Shown: positions 9,646-20,025, numbered from the stretch's first letter. The stretch: DNA of 64,000 nucleotides from Candidatus Nomurabacteria bacterium RIFCSPHIGHO2_01_FULL_37_25 (GCA_001786765.1 MFTH01000010.1:34105-98104), one strand, 5' to 3'. Numbers and translations: made by a program. The notes: generated by a model from the letters alone, not told the origin.

Positions 9646-10241
9646 GATTTTCTTTCTTTTTTCTCTTTTATAGTTTCGTAAACAATAGGTAAAACTGAAA
9701 CTAAAACAATCAATATAACAACATACGAAAGATAATCTTTAATCTGTGGAAATATTTGGCCCAAAAAATATCCTAAAAGAGTAACACTTGTTGACCATAA
9801 AAAAGAACTTATTAAACTATATTTGATAAACAAACTATATTTCATATGCGCAATTCCCGCCACTATGGGTACGAATGTTCGCGCTATTGGCACAAAACGA
9901 GAAAATATTACAGTAAACTTTCCGTGTTTGTCAAAAAAATTATGTGTTTTATTTATGTGTTCTTCTTTTAGAATTTTTCTAAAAAAATAAAACTGGTTTA
10001 GTTTTTTTAAATTAATACCTATTTCATACCCCATTATTCCACCAAGAAAAGTACTAATAAATATAAGAGGAATTAAAAAATAAATTTTTAATTCAAAAGC
10101 GTAAGCCAAAAGCCCCGCAGTAAAAAGCAAACTATCCCCGGGTAAAGCAAAAAATATCCCAGATTCTAAAAAAACAATGATAAAAATTCCTAGATATCCG
10201 TAGGTGGTAATAAGATATGGAATGTTGAAAAGTTGAGTCAT
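9642..10241 (-). CDS. DedA/VTT-family membrane protein
   Basis: Polytopic membrane protein with DedA-like LPGDSLLFTAG motif. Confidence 0.75.
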   Translation of the reverse strand: MTQLFNIPYLITTYGYLGIFIIVFLESGIFFALPGDSLLFTAGLLAYAFELKIYFLIPLIFISTFLGGIMGYEIGINLKKLNQFYFFRKILKEEHINKTHNFFDKHGKFTVIFSRFVPIARTFVPIVAGIAHMKYSLFIKYSLISSFLWSTSVTLLGYFLGQIFPQIKDYLSYVVILIVLVSVLPIVYETIKEKKERKS

Positions 10242-10352
10242 AAAATAATTTCAAATCCTGGAATGGAACACTATACAAAACATTGTTCTTAGGTGAAATA
10301 ATATTTTTCGGGACTTTAATATTGTAAATTAATTTAATAAATCAGCCGAGAA

Positions 10353-10571
10353 TTATAAATCATCGACCTTCAAACCGGTATGTTTTGCTATGCGCGATAA
10401 CATTTTTGAACCAAGTTCATCGTTGTTGTTAAAAGCCCAAATATAATTCGCATAGCCCACTTTTTCGAGTACCATGTGCGACGAACTTTTATGCCTTTTT
10501 ATTTCCCAGCCAATTTTAATCAGAGCTCTAAAGACTTTGCCTGCTTTACTGCTTGGCCACTTATTATTCAT
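10353..10571 (-). CDS. hicA: HicA-family toxin (mRNA interferase)
   Basis: ~70 aa, GW..R..SHMVLEK...H.G pattern of the YcfA/HicA family; 4-nt overlap with upstream hicB. Confidence 0.7.
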   Translation of the reverse strand: MNNKWPSSKAGKVFRALIKIGWEIKRHKSSSHMVLEKVGYANYIWAFNNNDELGSKMLSRIAKHTGLKVDDL

Positions 10572-10792
10572 GACAAAGAGAAAGCAATATTAGAAAATCC
10601 AAAAACTTTATTACTTGTGTTTTCTTCTATTTCTTCCGCAATGATTCGAAACGTAAGCGCTTCCACATTTGCTTGAGCCTGTTCTTGAGTATCACCATAT
10701 GCAAGCACGCCCGGAATTTCGATAACTTCAGCAATCCACCTGCCATCTGTTTCTTGTTCTGTTTCTATTGTATATTTACGTTCGTTTAACAT
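10568..10792 (-). CDS. hicB: HicB-family antitoxin (UPF0150)
   Basis: YTIETEQETDGRWIAEVIEIPGVLAYGDTQEQA, typical HicB N-terminal domain. Confidence 0.7.
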   Translation of the reverse strand: MLNERKYTIETEQETDGRWIAEVIEIPGVLAYGDTQEQAQANVEALTFRIIAEEIEENTSNKVFGFSNIAFSLS

Positions 10793-10844
10793 AGGTATAT
10801 TTTAATATAGAAAAATTATTATTGCAAGCAACTTTTTTAATATG

Positions 10845-10915
10845 CGGGCGATGAGAGAATTGAACTCCCGACGTCGGTTTTGGAGACCGAAGTTATACCA
10901 CTTAACTAATCGCCC
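10845..10915 (-). tRNA. tRNA-Trp(CCA), CCA not fully encoded
   Basis: Reverse complement GGGCGAT...TCGGTCTCCAAAACCGA...GGGAGTTCAATTCTCTCATCGCCCG; anticodon CCA. Confidence 0.85.
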
Positions 10916-10984
10916 TTATTTTGAAAACCAAACAATAAAGAACGACCAAAGCCGTCTCTAGTATAACAGAAAAGTGAGCAAAAT

Positions 10985-11143
10985 CTACTTTTTGGCCTCT
11001 TTATGCTTAGTTTGTTTACGGCACCAATTGCAGTATTTTTTGAGCTCGATTTTTTTAGTAACGAGTTTCTTGTTTTTACTAGACCAGTAATTTATTCGTT
11101 TACAAGTCTCACAGGCAAGTTTTATAAGTCTATCTTGTGACAT
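10985..11143 (-). CDS. rpmG: 50S ribosomal protein L33
   Basis: 52 aa MSQDRLIKLACETCKRINYWSSKNKKLVTKKIELKKYCNWCRKQTKHKEAKK; classic rpmG/tRNA-Trp neighbourhood; below the ORF-track length cutoff. Confidence 0.8.
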   Translation of the reverse strand: MSQDRLIKLACETCKRINYWSSKNKKLVTKKIELKKYCNWCRKQTKHKEAKK

Positions 11144-11178
11144 AGATAGATATTAGTATAAAATTTTACTAAAAGCAA

Positions 11179-12321
11179 CTACTTAATGACCCTCGGCAGT
11201 AGCGAACTAATGCGAGTAGTTATCTCATAATTTATGGTGTCTAATTTGTTTGCTATTTCTTCTGCTGTAATTTCTTCCTTATTTTGGCATCCTAAAATTA
11301 CCACTTCATCTTCAATTTTTACATTAACCAAATGACTTATATCAACTGTGAACATATTCATTGATACTCTTCCAATAATTTCACATCTAGCGCCTTTTAT
11401 TAAAACTTCCCCCTTATTTGAAAGACCACGATCTACCCCGTCAGCATAACCTTGTGGAATTATAGCTATTTTTGTTGTTTTTTTTGTTTTATAAGTCAAT
11501 CCATATCCGATAGTGTTTCCTTTCGGTAAAATTTTAATTTGCGCGATTTTTGTTTTCCAAGACATTATCGGTTTTAAATTAAATTCAGAATTTTTATATG
11601 TAGATTTCAAGTATTCTGATGGCCACATACCATAAATAGAAAGACCGAGTCTCACAATAGAATTAATTCCTGTATTTTTTTCGTAAATTAAAGTACCAGA
11701 ACTTGCAGATATATGCGTCTCTAGATTTTTGAATCCATATGCATACGCAAGGCTTAAAGCTTTTTTATATTCGTTAATTTGCTTTTGCGCATGAGTAAAA
11801 TTGGCAGTGTCTTCGATGTTTGCAAAATGCGCGTATATGCCAGAAAATTTTATATATTTACTTTTTTTTATCTCTCGAAATAGTTCCGGTAAATCACACA
11901 ATAAAAACCCTTCCCGCCCCAGATACGCGTCAAATGGAATATGGATTTCTTGTCTTGTTTTAAGTTTTTGCGCTGTTTTGTTCAACTCTCTTAATTGTTC
12001 AATTGAAAAAATAGCCAATGTGCATCCTAGTTTCATTATCTCGATTAGATCTGTCTTTTGCACATACCCAAAAAGCAAAACTGATCTTTTGCTTACTTTA
12101 CGTAATAATTTTAATTCTTCGAGACTGTTTACAAAAAAGTAATCTACATATGGCTCAAGAATTTTGGCGACCTCATTCTGCCCATGACCATAAGCATTGC
12201 CTTTTATAACCACAGAAATTTTAGTTCCTTTTTTTATTAAATTCCTAAAATGCTTAACATTATGAATCAAATTTTTTTTAGAAATTTCAATATAAGAAAG
12301 TGGTAATTTTTTCTTTAACAT
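11179..12321 (-). CDS. alr: Alanine racemase
   Basis: PLP-lysine motif VVIKGNAYGHG, two-domain Alr architecture. Confidence 0.88.
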   Translation of the reverse strand: MLKKKLPLSYIEISKKNLIHNVKHFRNLIKKGTKISVVIKGNAYGHGQNEVAKILEPYVDYFFVNSLEELKLLRKVSKRSVLLFGYVQKTDLIEIMKLGCTLAIFSIEQLRELNKTAQKLKTRQEIHIPFDAYLGREGFLLCDLPELFREIKKSKYIKFSGIYAHFANIEDTANFTHAQKQINEYKKALSLAYAYGFKNLETHISASSGTLIYEKNTGINSIVRLGLSIYGMWPSEYLKSTYKNSEFNLKPIMSWKTKIAQIKILPKGNTIGYGLTYKTKKTTKIAIIPQGYADGVDRGLSNKGEVLIKGARCEIIGRVSMNMFTVDISHLVNVKIEDEVVILGCQNKEEITAEEIANKLDTINYEITTRISSLLPRVIK

Positions 12322-12334
12322 ATTGGTATGATAT

Positions 12335-14752
12335 TTAATATCCTTTATTTTTTATCAAAAGCTCTAAAAATTCTTTTGGAAATATTGGTTTTTTTTCAGC
12401 TAATGCTTGATGATATAAAACCGTTGAAGGAGTAAGCCCCGGTAGAGTATTAATTTCAATTATTATAATATTGCCTGTTTTAATATGAACAAAGATGTCT
12501 ATTCTCGCATAACTCTTAACACCGACTCTCTCAGCAACCATTTCAATCAAACTTTTAACCTTATTTAAATTCTTTTCTGAAATAATTTCTTTAGGTGGTG
12601 GAGTAATGTTCACACCAGTACCTCCTTGAAATTTTTCTTCTACGCTTAATATCGTGTCTTCAGCAATGGTAATGGACGGTGAAAATGATCTGATTTTACC
12701 GTTCTCTTCAAAAACTCCAACTGTCATTTCCACATATCCGCTTTTAGGAATGTGTTTGATTTTGCCCCCATGCACTTTTAATTTATCCGTCTCAATAAAT
12801 GATTCAAAAATAATGTCTTGCACTTTTCCTTCAGGCATATCAATACTATTGATCTGATTTGTGAAAGTGTGTGGCTTGGCCACTTTAACTTTGTTTTTTA
12901 TTAAAGAAATATAAGTAGCCAAATCTTTTTTATTAAAAAGTCTAACCACGCCGGCTGAACAACCATCGCCCCTAGGTTTGCCAATAATCGTTTTTGTGCC
13001 AAATCTCTTTATAAGCATGTTCCAATGTGACTCTATGAGAGTATCATCCATATTGTTCGGAACATCATTTATCTTAAAAAGGGCATGCGAAGCAATGCTC
13101 ACATGTTCAATTTCTTCACTTTCTATTTTTTCATTTATCGCCCATTTATCCATACACAAATGAGAAGTAACGCTATCAGGTCCGTTGAAGATAACTTTTT
13201 TATCTTCTAAAATTTTCTGGATAGTGCCATCTTCACCTATCCCCCCATGTAAAGCTAAGAAAATAAATTTATGCTTTGTTATGACTTCATCCAAAGAATA
13301 TTTTTTAGGTATAAAAAAATCTTCAGTGGTGTCGGATTTTTCTAAACATAATTTTATTTTTATTTTTTCAATAAGATAAGAAAGCCTCTTAACATTTTTT
13401 TTCGCATTTTTAGCATTTTGAATTATTTCCTCAACAGTGTGATTGAGAATGTATGAGTAAGGAAGCTCCCAGACTTCTTTTTTTGGACCCAATAAATAAG
13501 GATAAGGTTTATAAATAAAAGAGCTACGTAATTTAAGCCAGACATTTGTGCCACTCATCAGTGAGACTTGCCTTTCGGCTGTTTCTCCGCCAAAAAGCAC
13601 TGCTAAAGGCTTGCGTTTTTTAGTAATAAAAATATTCTCGACAGATGTTTTAATTTTTCGACGTATAAACGCATTGTTCACAATATAGCGAAAAATATCT
13701 TGATGTGAAAAGCCAATTCTAGAGGATTGCTGAAACAAGAAACTATTCTGCTCCATACCAGAAATAGGATTAAAATCAGAAAACCAAATATTCCCGTCCG
13801 GCATTAAAAAACCATCAAAACGCGCGAAATCCCGCATACCAAAAACAGAAAATAATTGTTCTGCTTCAATTTGAATTTTTTCAATAATTTCGTTGCTAAA
13901 TCTCGGGGGACAATGATAAGTAACTTGATTGGTCGGCAGATATTTTTTACGAAAATCAAAAAATTGATTTTGATCATACTTCATTTCTACCTCTGAAGGT
14001 ATAAGAGCAACAGGCCTATTAAATTTGTTTTGTAATATAATTACGGTAAATTCTTTTCCATCAACAAAAGGCTCTATCACTACGCGAGTGTCTATACGCT
14101 TACTAAATAAACTTAAAGTCGCCTCAACTGCGTCTTTAATGTTCTCCACAGAGAAAACACCAATACTAGACCCACCAGAAGCTGGTTTTACTATTGCGCG
14201 ATTTATTTTTTCTTTTTTCCAGAATTTATTTACCTTGTTGATAATTTCTTTTTTAGTATCAGTAATTTTTATAACAATAGAATTCGGAGCATAAAAATGA
14301 AGTGAACGAAGATATTCATTTGCTTTATATTTATCAAAAGATATTTTGCAACTTTTTGATGAAGATCCGATAAATTGAATCCGATGTTTTTCTAAAAAAC
14401 TTTGAATCTCTCCGTCTTCACCAAATGATCCGTGAATACAAGGGAAAACAATATCAACACTTTTTAAAATACGAACAAGCGCTGATTCTTTTAGTTTGGA
14501 TTTATTGTCCAACTTAAAATCAAAATCGCTTGGAGTATTGGAATACAATTGAGCAATGGATATTTTATAAGGCTTTTTATGTTCATTGAAATAAATTGGA
14601 ACAATTGTCACATTTTGACTTCCCAGGTGATCTAAGACACTTCGAGCAGAGTTCATAGATATACCCCTCTCTAGCGATGGCCCACCACATAATACAGCTA
14701 CAGAAACTTTTTCATCTTTATTTTTTATGGATTTTTTATACATTTTTTGCAA
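12335..14752 (-). CDS. ddl: Tandem D-alanine--D-alanine ligase fusion (two complete Ddl/ATP-grasp modules in one 805-aa protein)
   Basis: Two Ddl N-domains (VAVLCGGPSLERGIS...; LAVLFGGETAERQVS...) and two HG.FGEDG motifs; adjacent to alr. Confidence 0.75.
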   Translation of the reverse strand: MQKMYKKSIKNKDEKVSVAVLCGGPSLERGISMNSARSVLDHLGSQNVTIVPIYFNEHKKPYKISIAQLYSNTPSDFDFKLDNKSKLKESALVRILKSVDIVFPCIHGSFGEDGEIQSFLEKHRIQFIGSSSKSCKISFDKYKANEYLRSLHFYAPNSIVIKITDTKKEIINKVNKFWKKEKINRAIVKPASGGSSIGVFSVENIKDAVEATLSLFSKRIDTRVVIEPFVDGKEFTVIILQNKFNRPVALIPSEVEMKYDQNQFFDFRKKYLPTNQVTYHCPPRFSNEIIEKIQIEAEQLFSVFGMRDFARFDGFLMPDGNIWFSDFNPISGMEQNSFLFQQSSRIGFSHQDIFRYIVNNAFIRRKIKTSVENIFITKKRKPLAVLFGGETAERQVSLMSGTNVWLKLRSSFIYKPYPYLLGPKKEVWELPYSYILNHTVEEIIQNAKNAKKNVKRLSYLIEKIKIKLCLEKSDTTEDFFIPKKYSLDEVITKHKFIFLALHGGIGEDGTIQKILEDKKVIFNGPDSVTSHLCMDKWAINEKIESEEIEHVSIASHALFKINDVPNNMDDTLIESHWNMLIKRFGTKTIIGKPRGDGCSAGVVRLFNKKDLATYISLIKNKVKVAKPHTFTNQINSIDMPEGKVQDIIFESFIETDKLKVHGGKIKHIPKSGYVEMTVGVFEENGKIRSFSPSITIAEDTILSVEEKFQGGTGVNITPPPKEIISEKNLNKVKSLIEMVAERVGVKSYARIDIFVHIKTGNIIIIEINTLPGLTPSTVLYHQALAEKKPIFPKEFLELLIKNKGY

Positions 14753-14855
14753 AAAATTATTTTTAATACACCCTTTAATATAAAGGAAAAAATAAAAAAG
14801 TCAAAAAATAATGTGGATAACTTAATTTTTTTGCAAAAAAATAAGTAGAAAGTTT

Positions 14856-15578
14856 TTAAACATTTATTATTGCACTTTGAAGATCTCTAGGAACTTTAGT
14901 TAGATTCTTATAGCCATTTTTTGTAATTAAAATCATGTCTTCAATTCGCACTCCGCCGAAACCTTTTAAATATATTCCGGGTTCAACAGTCACCACACAA
15001 CCCGCTGGAAGAATATCTTCACTTTTTGGTTTTAAATTTGGCCATTCGTGAATGACGGTGCCTACCCCATGACCAAGACCGTGTTTAAAATTATTTTTAA
15101 ATTTTTTAGCCAAAAATTCTCTTGCTATTTTATCTATCACTTTTGCTCTTCTTTCCCCTTTTTGTATTTTCTTGATGGCTCTATTTTGGGCTTCTAACAC
15201 TGCTAAATATATTTTCTTTTGTTTAGCATTAGGTTCGCCAAAAAAATATGTACGGGTCATGTCGGAACAATAATGATTTACAGTTGTGCCAATATCAAAC
15301 ATTATTATGTCGCCTTTTTTTAACTTAGTTTTATTAGGTTCGTTATGAATGTTTGCTGTATTTTTACCAAAAGCAACTATAGGAGGGAAAGATAATACCG
15401 GCGCGCCTAACTTTATAAATCTTTTTGTTATAAATTCTGCTATCGCTGATTCTGTAACATTGATCTTTAATTTTCCTAAAGCTTCTCTTAGCACTCTCTC
15501 GCTGATTCTTTGCGCTCTAACTATGTTCGCCAGTTCCCTTTTACTTTTTACTGCCCTGACTTCCTGAATCAATTTCAT
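14856..15578 (-). CDS. map: Methionine aminopeptidase type I
   Basis: M24 motifs FDIGTTVNHYCSDMTRTYF, HGLGHGVG. Confidence 0.88.
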   Translation of the reverse strand: MKLIQEVRAVKSKRELANIVRAQRISERVLREALGKLKINVTESAIAEFITKRFIKLGAPVLSFPPIVAFGKNTANIHNEPNKTKLKKGDIIMFDIGTTVNHYCSDMTRTYFFGEPNAKQKKIYLAVLEAQNRAIKKIQKGERRAKVIDKIAREFLAKKFKNNFKHGLGHGVGTVIHEWPNLKPKSEDILPAGCVVTVEPGIYLKGFGGVRIEDMILITKNGYKNLTKVPRDLQSAIINV

Positions 15579-15641
15579 TTTTTATATTTTACTTACAACT
15601 CTGCGATAGCAGAGATATAAGTATTAAGGGTATATTAAATA

Positions 15642-16757
15642 TTAAAACAATTTAGTTACATCGTAATAAGTGATAATCAGCATCAAAAGTATTAAAATAC
15701 TAAAACCAATCATATTGATAGCATTGACTACCTTTGGATTAATGCGCGAACCTTTTATTTTTTCAATCAATAAAAAGAAAAGTCGCCCGCCATCTAACGC
15801 CGGGAAAGGAAGCAGATTTATAATTGCAAGATTAACAGAAATAAGCGCCATAAAAGACAGGAGATAAACAAAGCCGAATTCATAAGCATTGCCTACTATA
15901 CCCACTATGCCCACAGGACCTGTAACTGACGCAAAGCTACCTTTGCCGTATAATCCATCTACAACAAGCGTATAAAGTCCCAAAACTGTATCTTTAACCA
16001 CAAACAAAGTGAGACGCATTCCTTCTTTAAAAGCTGAAAAAATAGGTAATTTTGCTATTCCAATCATATCCATAGATATGCCTATTCTAATTTCTCCATC
16101 GATAGAATCTTTATGTGGTATTACTTTTGTAATATGAACATTTTTGTCTTTTCCTCGCAGATATCCTATTTCAATTTCTTCTTCTGGATGCAAAGTTATA
16201 AAAGATTTCAAAGTATTGGGATTAATATTATCCAAACCTGTCTGTCCATAGAGAGCAACTGGAGTTTTTACTGAAATTATTTTATCTCCTGACTTAAGAA
16301 GAGCTTTATCCGCAGGAGAATCAACCATAACAGAAACGACTGTCAAATTCACATCGTCTAGCTTATAACCTAACGGTTCACTGCCGACAGACGTCGGAAA
16401 TCCAGACATAAAACCAATAGAAAATAAAATCCAGGCCAATATAAAATTCGCAAATACTCCAGCAAATAAAACTATGGCTTGTTTCCATTTTGCTTTATTA
16501 ACAAAACTTCTTTCCTTGTCAGGACCACTTGTGTTTTCATCATCCGGATTTTCACCAAAAATTTTCACAAATCCGCCAAGCGGTAAAAGATTGAAAGTAT
16601 ATTCTGTCTCTCCATATTTGCGACCAAATAATTTCGGTGGAAAACCAAAACCAAATTCATCAACTCTAATATCAAACTTCTTCGCAGTAAAAAAATGTCC
16701 AAACTCGTGAACTACGACTAACACTAAAAGAATAATCAAAAAAATTAAAATATTCAT
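15642..16757 (-). CDS. rseP: RIP metalloprotease RseP (site-2 protease, M50)
   Basis: HEFGHF zinc motif, PDZ region, LAIINLLPFPALDGG. Confidence 0.85.
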   Translation of the reverse strand: MNILIFLIILLVLVVVHEFGHFFTAKKFDIRVDEFGFGFPPKLFGRKYGETEYTFNLLPLGGFVKIFGENPDDENTSGPDKERSFVNKAKWKQAIVLFAGVFANFILAWILFSIGFMSGFPTSVGSEPLGYKLDDVNLTVVSVMVDSPADKALLKSGDKIISVKTPVALYGQTGLDNINPNTLKSFITLHPEEEIEIGYLRGKDKNVHITKVIPHKDSIDGEIRIGISMDMIGIAKLPIFSAFKEGMRLTLFVVKDTVLGLYTLVVDGLYGKGSFASVTGPVGIVGIVGNAYEFGFVYLLSFMALISVNLAIINLLPFPALDGGRLFFLLIEKIKGSRINPKVVNAINMIGFSILILLMLIITYYDVTKLF

Positions 16758-16814
16758 CCTGTTAAAAATTCACTAATAAATAATATTTTATTGCGATATG
16801 TATTTTCCATGTTT

Positions 16815-17366
16815 TTATCCCATTACTTCCTTTTGTTTTTTCTCAAAACTTGCTTCTAAATTTCTGTTTATTTCATCAACAATCTTTTGTAATTCTTCTT
16901 TTGCTTTGAACTTTTCATCTTCTGTTAATTTTCCTTCTTTTTGTTTTGCCTGAATATCTTCCCAAATACGCTCGCGCTCGCGACGCGCTGTAATCCTCTC
17001 TCCCTCTAATTTTTCTTTTAAGACTTTTACTAGAGTCTGTCTCGTTTCCGTAGTTAACTGTGGAAAAATAACCCTAAGACCTAAATCATCAGTAGCAACT
17101 GAAAGACCTAAGTTAGCGCCAACTATAGCTTTTTCTATGTCTTTAATTTGACTTTTATCCCACGGCGCAATACGTAAAGTCTTCGGGTCTTCAATGGAGA
17201 TGTTGGCTATATTATTTAACGGAACATGCGAACCATACGATAAAACATTCACTCCATCAAGCACCATAGGCGACGCTCGTCCGATGTTTAATTGACTGTA
17301 TTCTTTGCCCAAAAATTCCTCTACTTTTTTTAATTCTATTTTAAAATTTGAAAAATTATATTGCAT
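16815..17366 (-). CDS. frr: Ribosome recycling factor
   Basis: Full-length RRF homology. Confidence 0.93.
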   Translation of the reverse strand: MQYNFSNFKIELKKVEEFLGKEYSQLNIGRASPMVLDGVNVLSYGSHVPLNNIANISIEDPKTLRIAPWDKSQIKDIEKAIVGANLGLSVATDDLGLRVIFPQLTTETRQTLVKVLKEKLEGERITARRERERIWEDIQAKQKEGKLTEDEKFKAKEELQKIVDEINRNLEASFEKKQKEVMG

Positions 17367-17378
17367 ATTTTTATTGTA

Positions 17379-18158
17379 TCACAAATTAGGAACTATTAAC
17401 GCCACAGATTCCATCAAAGTCTTAACGGAACTTCCGGGCATACGGAGAAATTCTCTAACTTTGAAAAAATGTTGCAAGCAAATTTGTAAAGAATTTTGAA
17501 CAATGTGGGTCCCGCTCGGTACTCCGAGAAGGGTCAAGCCGGAAAAATTCTTTACAAATTTGCTATGCAAAACAGCTTCTAATATATTTAAAAATTTTAG
17601 AGCTTTTGAACGAGTAGAATCTAAAGCAACAATTTCGTTGCCCTCCGCATCTTGCTCTTCTGTTTCGATTAATAATTCTTTAATAAAATCTATTCTTTTC
17701 TGTAAAGGCATACTGATAAATTTCTCTGCCTCTTGCCTTTCCATAGCTAGGTCTTCCATAGCTAGGTCTTGCCTAGCTGGAATTACGTAAAATCTAGAAA
17801 CAAGAGTCTTTAAGAGAGAATTAGCATCCGGCGCAACTAGAAAAAAATGCGTATTTTCTATTGGCTCCTCAAACATTTTCAGTAAAACATTTTGCGCATC
17901 TAAAGAAAAACTATTGACACAAATAACGAATATCTTTTTCTCGGAAGTAAAACTTTTATCCGTTGACATCGCGCGCAAATTAAATGCTTCATCTATTTTA
18001 AAATTATCAATTGTAATCTGACAAAAATCAGGGTTACCGGAAATTTTAATATTTAAATCTCTGCAGAATTTCAGTATTTCCGGCACAATGTTGTTTTTGT
18101 CCCCTTCAATAAGATAGGCGTGGTGTAAATTGTCTTTGTCTAAATGTTCTTTTATCAT
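17379..18158 (-). CDS. holB: DNA polymerase III delta-prime-like subunit (short)
   Basis: HAYLIEG motif and AAA-like N-domain; contains an in-frame DLAME-DLAME 15-bp tandem duplication. Confidence 0.65.
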   Translation of the reverse strand: MIKEHLDKDNLHHAYLIEGDKNNIVPEILKFCRDLNIKISGNPDFCQITIDNFKIDEAFNLRAMSTDKSFTSEKKIFVICVNSFSLDAQNVLLKMFEEPIENTHFFLVAPDANSLLKTLVSRFYVIPARQDLAMEDLAMERQEAEKFISMPLQKRIDFIKELLIETEEQDAEGNEIVALDSTRSKALKFLNILEAVLHSKFVKNFSGLTLLGVPSGTHIVQNSLQICLQHFFKVREFLRMPGSSVKTLMESVALIVPNL

Positions 18159-18188
18159 ACTGTTTATAAAATTGAAAACAATTTATTT

Positions 18189-19202
18189 CTACCTTTTATT
18201 TAAGAATGTTTTTTTGTACACATCCAAATGTTCGAGCGCTATGCCTGTGCCCTTAACTACGCAAAAAAGCGGATCCTCAGCCAAAGTCGCTTTCACCCCT
18301 ATTTTTTGATAAACCAAGTCAGTAATATTCCGCAAGAGAGATGACCCTCCAGTCATTATAATCCCTTGATCTATAATGTCCGATGCAAGTTCTGGCGGAG
18401 TTTCTTGCAACACATCTTTGATTGCTTTTATTATTTGTTTTAATTCTCCGTCTATCGCGCGCACTATTTCATTAGTTCCCACTCGCGCAGATCTAGGCAA
18501 CCCTTGAATGAAATCTCTGCCTTTTATGGTTACACTAAGTTCTTCCTCTAAAATTACAGCCGCGCCGATTTTTATTTTTACTTCTTCTGCTGTTCTGTCG
18601 CCTACTATTAAATTAAAAGTTTTTTTGATGTAATCAGCTATCGCTTGATCTATTTTATTCCCAGCGCATTTAACAGATGTAGAAGACACAATTCCACCGA
18701 GAGAGATAACTGCCACATCAGTTGTGCCCCCACCTATATCGACAACCATATGACCTTTTGATTCATAAATCGGAATACCAGCGCCAATGGCCGCCAATAT
18801 CGGCTCTTTTACCACATAAGCATTCTTTGCGCCTGCGCGTATTGTCGCTTCTATGACTGCTCTCCTTTCAGTAGAAGTAATACCGGCTGGAACCGAAACC
18901 ATCACATCCGGTTTTAAAAAATTAAACTGCCCCATCGCTTTATTTATAAAATAATACAACATCGCTTCTGTCACACGATAATCCGCAATGACGCCATCTT
19001 TCATCGGACAATAGACGATAATGGATTCTGGCGTTTTGCCAATCATGTCTTTAGCTTCAAAGCCAATAGCTAAAATCTTATTATCTTGTTCCGAAACTGC
19101 CACCACAGAAGGTTCATTTAAAACGATTCCCTTGCCGGGCAAAAGCACCAGAGTATTGGCTGTTCCTAAATCTATGCCTAATTTTTTTGTAAAAATACTC
19201 AT
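18189..19202 (-). CDS. mreB: Rod shape-determining protein MreB
   Basis: Actin-fold motifs GIDLGTANTLV, DIGGGTTD. Confidence 0.95.
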   Translation of the reverse strand: MSIFTKKLGIDLGTANTLVLLPGKGIVLNEPSVVAVSEQDNKILAIGFEAKDMIGKTPESIIVYCPMKDGVIADYRVTEAMLYYFINKAMGQFNFLKPDVMVSVPAGITSTERRAVIEATIRAGAKNAYVVKEPILAAIGAGIPIYESKGHMVVDIGGGTTDVAVISLGGIVSSTSVKCAGNKIDQAIADYIKKTFNLIVGDRTAEEVKIKIGAAVILEEELSVTIKGRDFIQGLPRSARVGTNEIVRAIDGELKQIIKAIKDVLQETPPELASDIIDQGIIMTGGSSLLRNITDLVYQKIGVKATLAEDPLFCVVKGTGIALEHLDVYKKTFLNKR

Positions 19203-19284
19203 CCCGTTAGAAGCAAGCCGCAGTCAAAAAACCACGACTAAACTCAATCATAGCTATTAAATTGCGACCACAGCTTCTAACGGG
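19203..19284 (-). promoter_or_regulatory. 5' leader inverted repeat CCCGTTAGAAG...CTTCTAACGGG enclosing ~60 nt, 3' arm abutting the mreB ATG
   Basis: 11-bp perfect inverted repeat; member of a family of five (see findings). Confidence 0.5.
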
Positions 19285-19326
19285 ACTCATAAAAGTAATA
19301 TATCATATATATGTTAAAATAAAAGT

Positions 19327-19662
19327 ATGAATGATGAAGAGAAAAATGACGCAAAAGATGGACTCGAAAATCCTTTCAAAGGATACTTGGCAAATTTGCA
19401 AAAACATAAATCTGCTATCAACCCAGTTCACGAGATCGTGAACTGCTACTACAAAATGAACGGATGGGAAAAAATGCCGAAAGAATTTTATACAGGAAGA
19501 TACGCTTACAACAAGCTAGCAAGTGAAGCTAAAAAATTATATGAAGCATGCAATGAAGTTTTAGATGACTGTATTTGGGCTTTAGATAAAATGAAGTATT
19601 TGGCAGAAAAAGGAAAATTCGACTGGTCTATCATTACCTGCTTGAAACATAAGTTGAAATAG
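19327..19662 (+). CDS. Hypothetical protein
   Basis: ORF with coding-like composition; no recognisable motif. Confidence 0.35.
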   Translation: MNDEEKNDAKDGLENPFKGYLANLQKHKSAINPVHEIVNCYYKMNGWEKMPKEFYTGRYAYNKLASEAKKLYEACNEVLDDCIWALDKMKYLAEKGKFDWSIITCLKHKLK

Positions 19663-19712
19663 TTTGCGAATTTTTTTATGTGTGTTATAGTCCTAATGAA
19701 AGGAGAGTAGAT

Positions 19713-19907
19713 ATGCAACATTATTTGTACATACTCTATGATGGGGGAAACCCCCGGGTGGTTTTCTTTGAGGGAGAAAAAAACGTAATTCTAGCTCGGC
19801 AACGAGCCGAGCGAGAATACGGAGAAGGAGGGAGGTTGTTCGTGGAGCTGGAGAAAGAGGAACAACCTCCAGCAACTGATGAAGAAATGATGGAGGAGCA
19901 TTATTAA
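19713..19907 (+). CDS. Hypothetical small acidic protein (GC-richer)
   Basis: ORF followed by a strong nested terminator; ATG at 19713 is the likely start. Confidence 0.3.
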   Translation: MQHYLYILYDGGNPRVVFFEGEKNVILARQRAEREYGEGGRLFVELEKEEQPPATDEEMMEEHY

Positions 19908-19918
19908 TACTCAAACAC

Positions 19919-19970
19919 ACCCGCCCGGGTGGGAGAGAACCTTCTCCCAACGGAGCGGGTTTTCTTTTTG
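19919..19970 (+). terminator. Rho-independent terminator (nested GC stem ACCCGC...GCGGGT plus TTTTCTTTTT)
   Basis: Inner hairpin TGGGAGAGAACCTTCTCCCA, outer stem, T-run. Confidence 0.65.
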
Positions 19971-20025
19971 TACTACGAAACATAAATTGAGATAACTTCT
20001 TAAGATTTCCGCATATGCAGAAATC

